Below are positions 52,647 to 64,000 of a stretch of 64,000 nucleotides of DNA, piece by piece. The translations under genes and the position numbers were made by a program. The stretch is from Magallana gigas (Eukaryota). How positions within the stretch are numbered: position 1 is the first letter of the stretch; the number at the start of each line of letters is the position of its first letter. The notes beneath the pieces were generated by a model. It saw only the letters and a program-made list of their open reading frames with translations, did not search any database and had not been told where the DNA came from. The stretch lies in assembly GCF_963853765.1 (NCBI RefSeq), contig NC_088860.1:3038001-3102000 (forward strand), read 5' to 3'.

Positions 52647-54528
52647 GCACATTTTGTGTCCAAAGGTAGGCGCTGGTTTACATGTGCATGAAATTGAAGT
52701 TGTAAACAGGAACTGAATCCACACGCAAATCTTATGATATATCTATATTCTAAAAATATGTTGTGTTTTCTTGGAACGGAACTCCGATGATCTGATTTTA
52801 CTTCCTTTAAGTTCTTTTTTTTTTAGTTCTCTCTGTACACCACGTACCACACTGATATATTCACAAGTTTGGTTACTCTTTACAGAAGACAAGGACATTG
52901 TAAATTTTGTGGACGAATGTAAATAAAAACATGTTAAAGTAGTCCTACACTTTTTAAATTTATCCCTTTTAACTAAAATTGTACAAGATCTGATCAATGT
53001 TGGAGTGAGCCTTGTCAATGTGCTAATTATTATACAATTCATTGGCATATCTTTCCTTAGGGTTGTAATAATGATAATTTCATACTTGTCGGTTCTGGGC
53101 TCTCTAAATTAGAAATACTAGAAAATAAAATTAATGTTCTGTTTTGATGTCTGGGGGTGGGAGTGGGGGGCGTGCTACTTGAACATATGACATGCAGTAT
53201 ATAGCCCCCATATCTCTCTGATGCTGCCAGTTTCATTTTCATTCCTATATATAACTATGACTTGAGCAGCTATTTCAAGTTTTAAAAAACGAGAGACATG
53301 AAAATGAAAAAAATAATTTTTTAAAATTCATTAGTCAGCCGGCGAGCATGTTGAACGTGCACCAGTAAGAGAGTATTGAGAAATCAAGGTGTTATTTCCC
53401 AAGAATGTTTTACTGAGGGACTTTATTCTAACAAAGTACATGTGTATGCGAATTTAAATGGACACTGAAGTCACGAACATTAAGGGGGGATTTGGAAAGC
53501 ACGTGTCTGTGTTTACTGCGCTAACCGCTGGGTGCTCGGTCGAGCGCGACGTCAGTACACCCGTGACAATACACAACAATCGCTGATGGGATTCAGGAAG
53601 AGGACTAGAAGTTTCAGAAGCTAGATAAATTCTGATCGAGGAGACTGATTATAGTGGGGCTATGTCTGTGAAGCGGCCTGAAGCTGTCAGGCAGTGAGGC
53701 GGTCCCAGACTCAGTACCCAGACCAAGCAGGAAGTGTTATTGGTAAGATACGTAAACAGAGTCAGAAACTAGAGGCAGCGGGTCTATACATTACGAACGG
53801 GTAATTCAGGACATTGAATCAGGGGGAAGGGGGGGGGGGTAACCAGAGAGGTGTTTTCTTGACACTCCAAAGAGCCAGTGGCTGGGGTTAGTAGGGGGTA
53901 GGAGGTTAGATTTATAGGCTAAATTTTTTGTCTCTTTAATCATATGATTGATTAGTTTCAGTCCTTTGTAATATTGAAACTGACATGCTGAATATTTTCC
54001 TAACAATGAGTCATCTGAACAACAGGATTTTAAGAACTGTCATAATTTGGATAGTTTAATTATAAGGGTTAACCAGGTACGAAGGCATCGTTTTTGAAAG
54101 GGGGGGGGGGGCAGACTCATCAAAAAAATCTTGACAAGAAAAAATCAAAGTACTGATGTACTGATTGGAGTTGATTTTATCAAACATTATTTATTTTAAA
54201 ATCAACGATCACCAGAGGGCGCGTTCCGCAAGCTTCACTAACTGTTGAGGTATAGAATAGGGTACTTTTTATATCCCATAACCAGGCACTATAACCAGGA
54301 TGTGCGCATGCGTGAATCAACTTTCCATCGGGATCGGTAAACGATTGGGAGGAAATTCGAAAGCTATTTGGAGGAACTTCGAACTGATATATGTGCAATT
54401 TAAAAATGCGATTTTTATATGAAAAATATGATCAGAAGTGATTAAAATGTTATGTATATTAGATTTTACACCAAAAAATTAAATAAATAATTGAGAGAAC
54501 AATCAAAATCAATGTTACAGGAAAACAA

Positions 54529-54899
54529 CAGGCACTTAGCATCGGAGGGGGGGGGGGGGGGTTCGAATGGGGGCAGGGACAGGGGGACGGGACTGCCCCC
54601 CCCCTCCAGCACACGTTTTCTCGCAGCAAATATTTTTCTTGGATTTACTTATAAAAAAGGAAATTAACATACAGTTGCACCCCCCCCCCCCCCCCCAATG
54701 TTTTTGGGACCATGTAAAATTTGAAATGAAAGAGAGGAAATAAACTGTGAAATTGAAGTTAAAGGTACACTTAGCCCCCTACCCCCACGGATTAGGATTT
54801 TCAATTATTTAAAAAGTATTTTTGAGTTGGGTTTTTTTTTTCAAGGCAAGATTGGATGAGTCTGCCCTCAACCCACTTTGCTACGATGCTAGGTGCCTG
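54529..54899. mobile_element. Nested MITE, same insertion as 813-1178
   Basis: AACAA|CAGGCACTTAGCATCG ... CGATGCTAGGTGCCTG|AACAA. Confidence 0.8.
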
Positions 54900-55149
54900 A
54901 ACAAAATATCATGGTTTCATTACATACATGTATGCTAGTATAAAGACTTTATGTAAACCAATATTATCTCGTGCATTGTTCCATTCACCAGGTTCTACAA
55001 ATACCTTAGTCCAAAATAAATAAAAAATCCAAGACTAGGAGGGGAAGAAAGAGGAAATCTATTTTCCTTTTTTTTTTTTACTCAGGAGCTATTTTGTTGG
55101 GGGGGGGGGATTAGGGGTGAACAGGTCACTGACCCCTTGTAGATCTACC

Positions 55150-58126
55150 CATGACCTATCACCAGGGTCTGTATACACATAACCAGGGTCAGTATACCCA
55201 TCACCAGGGTCAGAGTACGTATCACCAGAGTCTGTGTGCCCATCACCAGAGTCTGTACACCCATAACCAGGGCTAGTATACCCACCACCAGGGTCTCCAT
55301 ACCTATCACCAGGGTCAGAGTACGTATCACCAGAGTCTGTGTGCCCATCACCAGAGTCTGTACACCCATAACCAGGGTCAGTATACCCATCACCAGGGTC
55401 TTCATACCTATCACCAGGGTCAGAGTGCGTGTCACCAGAGTCTGTGTGCCCATCACCAGGGTCTGGATACCCATAACCAGGGTCAGTATACCCATCACCA
55501 GGGTCTTCATACCTATCACCAGGGTCAGAGAACGTATCACCAGAGTCTGTGTGCCCATCACAAGTGTCAGTATACACATAACCAGGGCCAGTATACCCAT
55601 CACCAGGGTCTTCATACCTATCACCAGGGTCAGAGTACGTATCACCAGAGTCTGTGTGCTCATCACCAGGGTCTGTATACCCATAACAGGGCCAGTATAC
55701 CTATCACCAGGGTCTCCATACCTATCACCAGGGTCAGAGTACGTATCACCAGAGTCTGTGTGCCCATCACCAGAGTCTGTACACCCATAACCATGGCCAG
55801 TATACCCATCACCAGGGTCTCCATACCTATCACCAGGGTCAGAGTATGTGTCACCAGAGTTTGTGTGCCCATCACCAGGGTCTGGATACCCATAACCAGG
55901 GTCAGTATACCCATCACCAGGGTCTCCATACCTATCACCAGGGTCAGAGTACGTATCACCAGAGTCTGTGTGCCCATCACCAGAGTCGGTACACCCATAA
56001 CCAGGGCCAGTATACCCATCACCAGGGTCTTCATACCTATCACCAGGGTTAGAGTATGTGTCACCAGAGTTTGTGTGCCCATCACCAGGGTCTGGACACC
56101 CATAACCAGGGTCAGTATACCCATCACCAGGGTCTCCATACCTATCACCAGGGTCAGAGTACGTATCACCAGAGTCTGTGTGCCCATCACCAGGGTCTGT
56201 ATACCCATAACCAGGGTCAGTATACCCATCACCAGGGCCTCCATACCTATCACCAGGGTCAGAGTACGTATCACCAGAGTTTGTGTGCCCATCACCAGGG
56301 TCTGGATACCCATAACCAGGGTCAGTATACCTATTACCAGGGTCTCCATACCTATCACTAGGGTCAGAGTACGTATCACCAGAGTCTGTGTGCCCTTCAC
56401 CAGAGTCTGTACACCCATAACCAGGGCCAGTATACCCATCACCAGGGTCTCCATACCTATCACCAGGGTCAGAGTATGTGTCACCAGAGTTTGTGTGCCC
56501 ATCACCAGGGTCTGGATACCCATAACCAGGGTCAGTATACCCATCACCAGGGTCTCCATACCTATCACCAGGGTTAGAGTACGTATCACCAGAGTCTGTG
56601 TGCCCATCACCAGAGTCTGTACACCCATAACCAGGGCCAGTATACCCATCACCAGGGTCTTCATACCTATCACCAGGGTTAGAGTATGTGTCACCAGAGT
56701 TTGTGTGCCCATCACCAGGGTCTGGACACCCATAACCAGGGTCAGTATACCCAACACCAGGGTCTCCATACCTATCACCAGGGTCAGAGTACGTATCACC
56801 AGAGTCTGTGTGCCCATCACCAGGGTCTGTATACCCATAACCAGGGTCAGTATACCCATCACCAGGGCCTCCATACCTATCACCAGGGTCAGAGTACGTA
56901 TCACCAGAGTTTGTGTGCCCATCACCAGGGTCTGGATACCCATAACCAGGGTCAGTATACCTATCACCAGGGTTTCCATACCTATCACCAGGGTCAGAGT
57001 ACGTATCACCAGAGTTTGTGTGCCAATCACCAGGGTCTGTACACCCATAACCAGGGTCAGTATACCCATCACCAGGGTCTCCATACCTATCACCAGGGTC
57101 AGCGTGCGTATCACCAGAGTCTGTGTGCCCATCACCAGGGTCTGTACACCCATAACCAGGGTTGGTATACCCATCACGAGGGTCTCCATACCTATCACCA
57201 GGGTCAGAGTGCGTGTCACCAGAGTCTGTGTGCCCATCACCAGGGTCTGTACGCCAATAACCAGGGTCAGTATACCCATCACCAGGGTCTCAATACCTAT
57301 CACCAGGGTCATAGTACGTGTCACCAGAGTCTGTGTGCCTATCACCAGGGTCTGTACACCCATTACCAGGGCCAGTATACCCATCACCAGGGTCTCCATA
57401 CCTATCACCAGGATCATTATATCCATCACTAGAGTTTGTGTGCCCAACAATGGGGTCTGTACACCCATCACCAGGGTCAGTATACCAATCACCCGGGTCT
57501 GTACACCCATAACCAGGGTCAGTATACCCATCACCAGGGTCTTCATATCTATCACCAGGATCAGAGTACGTATCACCAGAGTCTGTACACCCATAACCAG
57601 GGTCAGTATACCCATCACCAGGGTATGTACACCCATAACCAGGGTCATTATACCCATCACCAGGGTATGTACACCCATAAGCAGGGTCAGTATATCCATC
57701 ACCAGGGTCTCAATACCTATCACCTGGGTCAGAGTACGTATCACCAGAGTCTGTGTGCTCATGACCAGGGTCTGTACATCCATAGCCAAAGTCAGTATAC
57801 CCATCACCCGGGTCTCAATACCTATCACCAGGGTCATAATGCCTATCACCAGAGTCAGAGTACGTATCACCAGAACTGTAAACATATCACCTGGGTCATT
57901 ATACCTTTTAGTAGGGTCAGTGTTCGTAGTACTAGGGTCTGTGTGCCCATCATCATGGTCTGTATATTCATAACAAAGGTCAGTTTACCCTTCACCAGGG
58001 TCTTAATACTTTTCACCAGGATAGTGTACGCATGCATCAATAGGGTCTGTGTGCCCATCACCAGGGTCAGTATACCTAACACAACAGTCAGTGCACTTAT
58101 CATTAGAGTTTGTATATCCATTACCT
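55150..58126 (-). repeat. 105-bp (5x21) satellite in minus orientation, degenerating toward 58126
   Basis: CCCATCACCAGGGTC... units. Homogeneous to ~57400, then progressively diverged. Confidence 0.97.
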
Positions 58127-58129
58127 GAG

Positions 58130-61100
58130 TCAGGTAATACTGACCCTGTTGATAAGTAGAGTGACCCTGGTGATAGGTATACTGATCCTGGTGAAGAGCA
58201 CACATACCTTGGTGATACGTACACTCATGATCCTTGTGATAGGTATACTGTCTCAGGTGATGGTTATACTTACCCTGGTTATAGATTTTGAGATTCTGGT
58301 GTTACGTATGCTGACCCTTAGAATATCTACACGTTTGTGTATACCGACTCTGGTGATGGATACATACTGACCCCTGTGATTGGCTACAGACCCTTGTGAT
58401 ACGTACACTGACTCTGTCGATAGCTATACTGACCCTGGTGATAGAGAATGTGATAGATATACCGGTGATAAATGTACTGACTCTTGTGATAGGTATACTG
58501 ACCTTGGAGATGGGCCCTCAGACCCACGGATGCGTACACTGACACGGCCGTTAGGTAAACTAACTCTGGTGATAGGTAATAGGTACAGTTATCCCGGTGA
58601 AAGTCTACTGATCAAGGTAATGGATGTACAAACCCTGAAGATAAGTGCACTGACTGTTGTGATAGATATACTGACCCTAATGATGGGCACACAGACCCTA
58701 TTGATTCGTAAACTATTCCTGGTGATAAGTATTTAGACCCTGGTGATGGGCATACTGGCCCTGGTTATGGGCGTACAGACTCTGGTGATGGGCACACAGA
58801 CTCTGGTGATACGTACTCTGACCCTGGTGATTGGTATGATGACACTGGTGATGGGTATACTGACACTGGTTATGGGTGTACAGACTCTGGTGATGGGCAC
58901 ACAGACTCTGGTAATACGTACTCTGACCCTGGTGATAGGTATGGAGGCCCTGGTGATAGGTATACTGACCCTGGTTATGGGTATCCAGACCCTGGTGATG
59001 GGCACACAAACTCTGGTGACACGTACTCTGACCCTGGTGATAGGTATGGAGACCCTGGTGATGGGTATACTGGCCCTGGTTATGGGTGTACAGACTCTGG
59101 TGAAGGGCACACAGACTCTGGTGATACGTACTCTGACCCTGGTGATAGGTATGGAGACCCTGGTGATGGGTATACTGGCCATGGTTATGGGTATACAGAC
59201 CCTGGTGATGGGCACACAGACTCTGGTGATACGTACTCTGACCCTGGTGATAGGTATGGAGACCCTGGTGATAGGTATACTGACCCTGGTTATGGGTATC
59301 CAGACCCTGGTGATGGGCACACAAACTCTGGTTACACGTACTCTGACCCTGGTGATAGGTATGGAGACCCTGGTGATGGGTATACTGACCCTGGTTATGG
59401 GTATCCAGACCCTGGTGATGGGCACACAAACTCTGGTGACACATACTCTGACCCTGGTGATAGGTATGGAGATCCTGGTGATGGGTATACTGGCCATGGT
59501 TATGGGTGTACAGACTCTGGTGATGGGCACACAGACTCTGGTGATACGTACTCTAACCCTGGTGATAGGTATGGAGACCCTGGTGATGGGTATACTGACC
59601 CTGGTTATGGGTATCCAGACCCTGGTGATGGGCACACAGACTCTGGTGATACGTACTCTGACCCTGGTGATAGGTATGAAGACCCTGGTGATGGGTATAC
59701 TGACCCTGGTTATGGGTATCCAGACCCTGGTGATGGGCACACAGACTCTGGTGACACGCACTCTGACCCTGGTGATAGGTATGAAGACCCTGGTGATGGG
59801 TATACTGACCCTGGTTATGGGTGTACAGACTCTGGTGATGGGCACACAGACTCTGGTGATACGTACTCTGACCCTGGTGATAGGTATGGAGACCCTGGTG
59901 ATGGGTATACTGACCCTGGTTATGGGTATCCAGACCCTGGTGATGGGCACACAAACTCTGGTGACACATACTCTGACCCTGGTGATAGGTATGGAGACCC
60001 TTGTGATGGGTATACTGGCCCTGGTTATGGGTGTACAGACTCTGGTGAAGGGCACACAGACTCTGGTGATACGTACTCTGACCCTGGTGATAGGTATGGA
60101 GACCCTGGTGATAGGTATACTGACCCTGGTTATGGGTATCCAGACCCTGGTGATGGGCACACAGACTCTGGTGATACGTACTCTGACCCTGGTGATAGGT
60201 ATGAAGACCCTGGTGATTGGTATACTGACCCTGGTTATGGGTATCCAGACCCTGGTGATGGGCACACAGACTCTGGTGACACGCACTCTGACCCTGGTGA
60301 TAGGTATGAAGACCCTGGTGATGGGTATACTGACCCTGGTTATGGGTGTACAGACTCTGGTGATGGGCACACAGACTCTGGTGATACGTACTCTGACCCT
60401 GGTGATAGGTATGGAGACCCTGGTGATGGGTATACTGACCCTGGTTATGGGTATCCAGACCCTGGTGATGGGCACACAAACTCTGGTGACACATACTCTG
60501 ACCCTGGTGATAGGTATGGAGACCCTTGTGATGGGTATACTGGCCCTGGTTATGGGTGTACAGACTCTGGTGAAGGGCACACAGACTCTGGTGATACGTA
60601 CTCTGACCCTGGTGATAGGTATGGAGACCCTGGTGATAGGTATACTGACCCTGGTTATGGGTATCCAGACCCTGGTGATGGGCAAACAAACTCTGGTGAT
60701 ACGTACTCTGACCCTGGTGATAGGTATGGAGACCCTTGTGATGGGTATACTGACCCTGGTTATGGGTATACAGACCCTGGTGATGGGCACACAAACTCTG
60801 GTGATACGTACTCTGACCCTGGTGATAGGTATGGAGGCCCTGGTGATGGGTATACTGACCCTGGTTATGGGTATACAGACCCTGGTGATGGGCACACAGA
60901 CTCTGGTGATACGTACTCTGACCCTGGTGATAGGTATGGAGACCCTGGTGATGGGTATACTGACCCTGGTTATGGGTGTCCAGACCCTGGTGATGGGCAC
61001 ACAAACTCTGGTGACACATACTCTAACCCTGGTGATAGGTATGAAGACCCTGGTGATGGGTATACTGGCCCTGGTTATGGGTGTACAGACTCTGGTGATG

Positions 61101-64000
61101 GGCACACAGACTCTGGTGATACGTACTCTGACCCTGGTGATAGGTATGGAGACCCTGGTGATGGGTATACTGACCCTGGTTATGGGTATCCAGACCCTGG
61201 TGATGGGCACACAAACTCTGGTGACACATACTCTGACCCTGGTGATAGGTATGGAGACCCTGGTGATGGGTATACTGGCCATGGTTATGGGTGTACAGAC
61301 TCTGGTGATGGGCACACAGACTATGGTGATACGTACTCTAACCCTGGTGATAGGTATGGAGACCCTGGTGATGGGTATACTGGCCCTGTTATGGGTATAC
61401 AGACCCTGGTGATGGGCACACAGACTCTGGTGATACGTACTCTGACCCTGGTGATAGGTATGGAGACCCTGGTGATTGGTATACTGGCCCTGTTATGGGT
61501 ATACAGACCCTGGTGATGAGCACACAGACTCTGGTGATACGTACTCTGACCCTGGTGATAGGTATGAAGACCCTGGTGATGGGTATACTGGCCCTGGTTA
61601 TGTGTATACTGACACTTGTGATGGGCACACAGACTCTGGTGATACGTTCTCTGACCCTGGTGATAGGTATGAAGACCCTGGTGATGGGTATACTGACCCT
61701 GGTTATGGGTATCCAGACCCTGGTGATGGGCACACAGACTCTGGTGACACATACTCTGACCCTGGTGATAGGTATGGAGACCCTTGTGATGGGTATACTG
61801 GCCCTGGTTATGGGTGTACAGACTCTGGTGAAGGGCACACAGACTCTGGTGATACGTACTCTGACCCTGGTGATAGGTATGGAGACCCTGGTGATGGGTA
61901 TACTGGCCCTGGTTATGGGTATACAGACCCTGGTGATGGGCACACAGACTCTGGTGATACGTACTCTGACCCTGGTGATAGGTATGGAGACCCTGGTGAT
62001 AGGTATACTGACCCTGGTTATGGGTATCCAGACCCTGGTGATGGGCACACAAACTCTGGTTACACGTACTCTGACCCTGGTGATAGGTATGGAGACCCTG
62101 GTGATGGGTATACTGACCCTGGTTATGGGTATCCAGACCCTGGTGATGGGCACACAAACTCTGGTGACACATACTCTGACCCTGGTGATAGGTATGGAGA
62201 CCCTGGTGATGGGTATACTGGCCATGGTTATGGGTGTACAGACTCTGGTGATGGGCACACAGACTCTGGTGATACGTACTCTAACCCTGGTGATAGGTAT
62301 GGAGACCCTGGTGATGGGTATACTGACCCTGGTTATGGGTATCCAGACCCTGGTGATGGGCACACAGACTCTGGTGATACGTACTCTGACCCTGGTGATA
62401 GGTATGAAGACCCTGGTGATGGGTATACTGACCCTGGTTATGGGTATCCAGACCCTGGTGATGGGCACACAGACTCTGGTGACACGCACTCTGACCCTGG
62501 TGATAGGTATGAAGACCCTGGTGATGGGTATACTGACCCTGGTTATGGGTGTACAGACTCTGGTGATGGGCACACAGACTCTGGTGATACGTACTCTGAC
62601 CCTGGTGATAGGTATGGAGACCCTGGTGATGGGTATACTGACCCTGGTTATGGGTATCCAGACCCTGGTGATGGGCACACAAACTCTGGTGACACATACT
62701 CTGACCCTGGTGATAGGTATGGAGACCCTTGTGATGGGTATACTGGCCCTGGTTATGGGTGTACAGACTCTGGTGAAGGGCACACAGACTCTGGTGATAC
62801 GTACTCTGACCCTGGTGATAGGTATGGAGACCCTGGTGATAGGTATACTGACCCTGGTTATGGGTATCCAGACCCTGGTGATGGGCACACAGACTCTGGT
62901 GATACGTACTCTGACCCTGGTGATAGGTATGAAGACCCTGGTGATTGGTATACTGACCCTGGTTATGGGTATCCAGACCCTGGTGATGGGCACACAGACT
63001 CTGGTGACACGCACTCTGACCCTGGTGATAGGTATGAAGACCCTGGTGATGGGTATACTGACCCTGGTTATGGGTGTACAGACTCTGGTGATGGGCACAC
63101 AGACTCTGGTGATACGTACTCTGACCCTGGTGATAGGTATGGAGACCCTGGTGATGGGTATACTGACCCTGGTTATGGGTATCCAGACCCTGGTGATGGG
63201 CACACAAACTCTGGTGACACATACTCTGACCCTGGTGATAGGTATGGAGACCCTTGTGATGGGTATACTGGCCCTGGTTATGGGTGTACAGACTCTGGTG
63301 AAGGGCACACAGACTCTGGTGATACGTACTCTGACCCTGGTGATAGGTATGGAGACCCTGGTGATAGGTATACTGACCCTGGTTATGGGTATCCAGACCT
63401 TGGTGATGGGCACACAAACTCTGGTGATACGTACTCTGACCCTGGTGATAGGTATGGAGACCCTTGTGATGGGTATACTGACCCTGGTTATGGGTATACA
63501 GACCCTGGTGATGGGCACACAAACTCTGGTGATACGTACTCTGACCCTGGTGATAGGTATGGAGGCCCTGGTGATGGGTATACTGACCCTGGTTATGGGT
63601 ATACAGACCCTGGTGATGGGCACACAGACTCTGGTGATACGTACTCTGACCCTGGTGATAGGTATGGAGACCCTGGTGATGGGTATACTGACCCTGGTTA
63701 TGGGTGTCCAGACCCTGGTGATGGGCACACAAACTCTGGTGACACATACTCTAACCCTGGTGATAGGTATGAAGACCCTGGTGATGGGTATACTGGCCCT
63801 GGTTATGGGTGTACAGACTCTGGTGATGGGCACACAGACTCTGGTGATACGTACTCTGACCCTGGTGATAGGTATGGAGACCCTGGTGATGGGTATACTG
63901 ACCCTGGTTATGGGTATCCAGACCCTGGTGATGGGCACACAAACTCTGGTGATACGTACTCTGACCCTGGTGATAGGTATGGAGACCCTGGTGATTGGTA
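58130..64000 (+). repeat. 105-bp (5x21) satellite in plus orientation; degenerate to ~58735, then homogeneous with higher-order duplications
   Basis: Variant spacing of 525 bp (GAAGGGC at 60047 and 60572) and 2728 bp (GTGATTGG at 60213 and 62941; near-identical 488-aa read-throughs at 59553-61019 and 62281-63747). Confidence 0.97.

Larger units (their letters stand above)
54246..64000. mobile_element. Giant foldback-like element, right end beyond the window: terminal segment 54246-~55150, inverted satellite arm to 58126, asymmetric spacer 58127-58614, direct satellite arm 58615->64000
   Basis: Starts TGAGGTATAGAATAGGGTAC. The array is in minus orientation at 55150-58120 and plus orientation from 58130. 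The degenerate inner arm ends mirror each other (58000-58126 versus 58615-58740). No transposase-like ORF was found. Confidence 0.8.

Noticed and set aside
55145-63942. Very long ORFs (up to 889 aa; MGILTLV, PITRV and HHQG repeats) and the 189-aa ORF at 1-570 as protein-coding genes
   Set aside because: They overlap in several frames on both strands, follow the satellite exactly, switch frame at 1-bp indels and in the degenerate centre, and have no unique domains.

Overview
AT-rich, intron-containing eukaryotic DNA, most likely a bivalve or oyster. This is inferred from the abundant TACATGTA octamer and the repeat types. Six genes can be reconstructed across splice sites: XPNPEP1 (+, 22 coding exons), a homeodomain-only HOPX orthologue (-), ANKRD55 (-), ERGIC1 (+) and two tandem PAQR/membrane progestin receptor-like paralogues (-). 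This 52.8-kb gene block lies between two copies of a large foldback-like element. Each arm has a ~900-bp terminal segment ending in TGAGGTATAG.../...CTATACCTCA, followed by a hierarchical 21/105-bp satellite. The right copy is a >9.7-kb quasi-palindrome with no recognisable transposase. The long repetitive ORFs in the track are read-throughs of this satellite. Other notable points: five candidate in-frame (phase-1) first coding exons for ANKRD55, a probable gene-conversion tract and start-codon turnover between the PAQR paralogues, and TTAA-flanked MITEs carrying tRNA-like cores. All identifications come from reading the sequence by eye and recalled family knowledge; no searches were run.
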